Below, piece after piece: positions 53,306 to 53,747 of a DNA stretch of 53,747 bases. The notes below the pieces were generated by a model. The model worked only from the letters and a program-made list of their open reading frames with translations, searched no databases and had not been told where the DNA came from. Within the stretch, counting starts at the first letter, position 1. The number at the start of each line of letters is the position of its first letter. The position numbers and the translations under genes are program-made. Source of the DNA: Nemertoderma westbladi (taxonomy: Eukaryota; Animalia; Xenacoelomorpha); NCBI GenBank assembly GCA_032718475.1, contig JAUCBJ010006357.1:1-53747 (forward strand). Reading direction: 5' to 3'.

Positions 53306-53569
53306 TTTAGACCTAATCCCATCGATATCATATGCGATCAATTCCTTGGTTGTGAAGAATGCTGTCCATTTTGCAAAGCTCCTTGCGAGCTGACAATGAG
53401 AGGTCATGCAGCTGGTGATGGCTTAGAGGCAACGACTCCACATCGAAGTGAAGTTCACAGATCGCAGTGTTTAACTGGCCAACGATTACAGAACGGTTTT
53501 ATGGATGTAGAGATATGTACAACTCTAGTGGCAGGAAAAAATCAACGATTCAGCAATATTGACACTAAG
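53306..53569 (+). CDS. GVIN1: GVIN1-like downstream exon (Cys/His-rich C-terminal region); gene probably continues beyond the window
   Basis: CGCAG| acceptor in phase 0 matching the 50939 donor; 88 codons FRPNPIDIICDQFLGCEECCPFCKAPC...H...HRSQC...ICTTLVA...; ends at AAG|GTAATA. Not in the ORF track. Confidence 0.85.
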
Positions 53570-53747
53570 GTAATAATTAATTTATATATTCCTCCTAACA
53601 TACATTTATACGCTTTAAGCTTTAACTCTAATGATTTAGCTTCAGCCCATCCAGCTGTAATGAGAAATGCTGAGGGAGTAAAAAGGGCGTTGGAAGGTGA
53701 GAGTATACAGGCTTGGGAGTTAGTGTGGCGCGATCCCTGCTTTACAG

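Overview
This is AT-rich eukaryotic DNA, most likely from an invertebrate animal. It is dominated by nested transposable elements and contains one host gene. From left to right: a 42-bp tandem array ending in an inverted arm (1-2868); a purine-rich minisatellite; and two decayed non-LTR retrotransposons of one family (APE endonuclease + RT, Proto2/RTEX-like). The second copy (18669-33914) carries three insertions, each with a target-site duplication (TSD): an 11-kb BEL/Pao LTR element, a CR1/L2-like 3' fragment and a 5'-truncated RTE. Further right are Gag-like and RTE debris, MITEs, a tRNA-derived SINE, and a GVIN1/VLIG very-large-GTPase gene (7.3-kb exon plus a downstream exon, with a 9-bp-TSD foldback element in the intron). 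The most interesting object is the BEL/Pao element (19376-30426, minus strand). It has ~98% identical LTRs but has lost RT/RNaseH and most of integrase. In the env position it carries an extra ORF with a DEDDy/RNase D-like 3'-5' exonuclease and three CCHC zinc knuckles. It has no tRNA primer-binding site; the sequence there is complementary to its own predicted 5' leader, suggesting self-priming. All calls were made by eye, without database searches.
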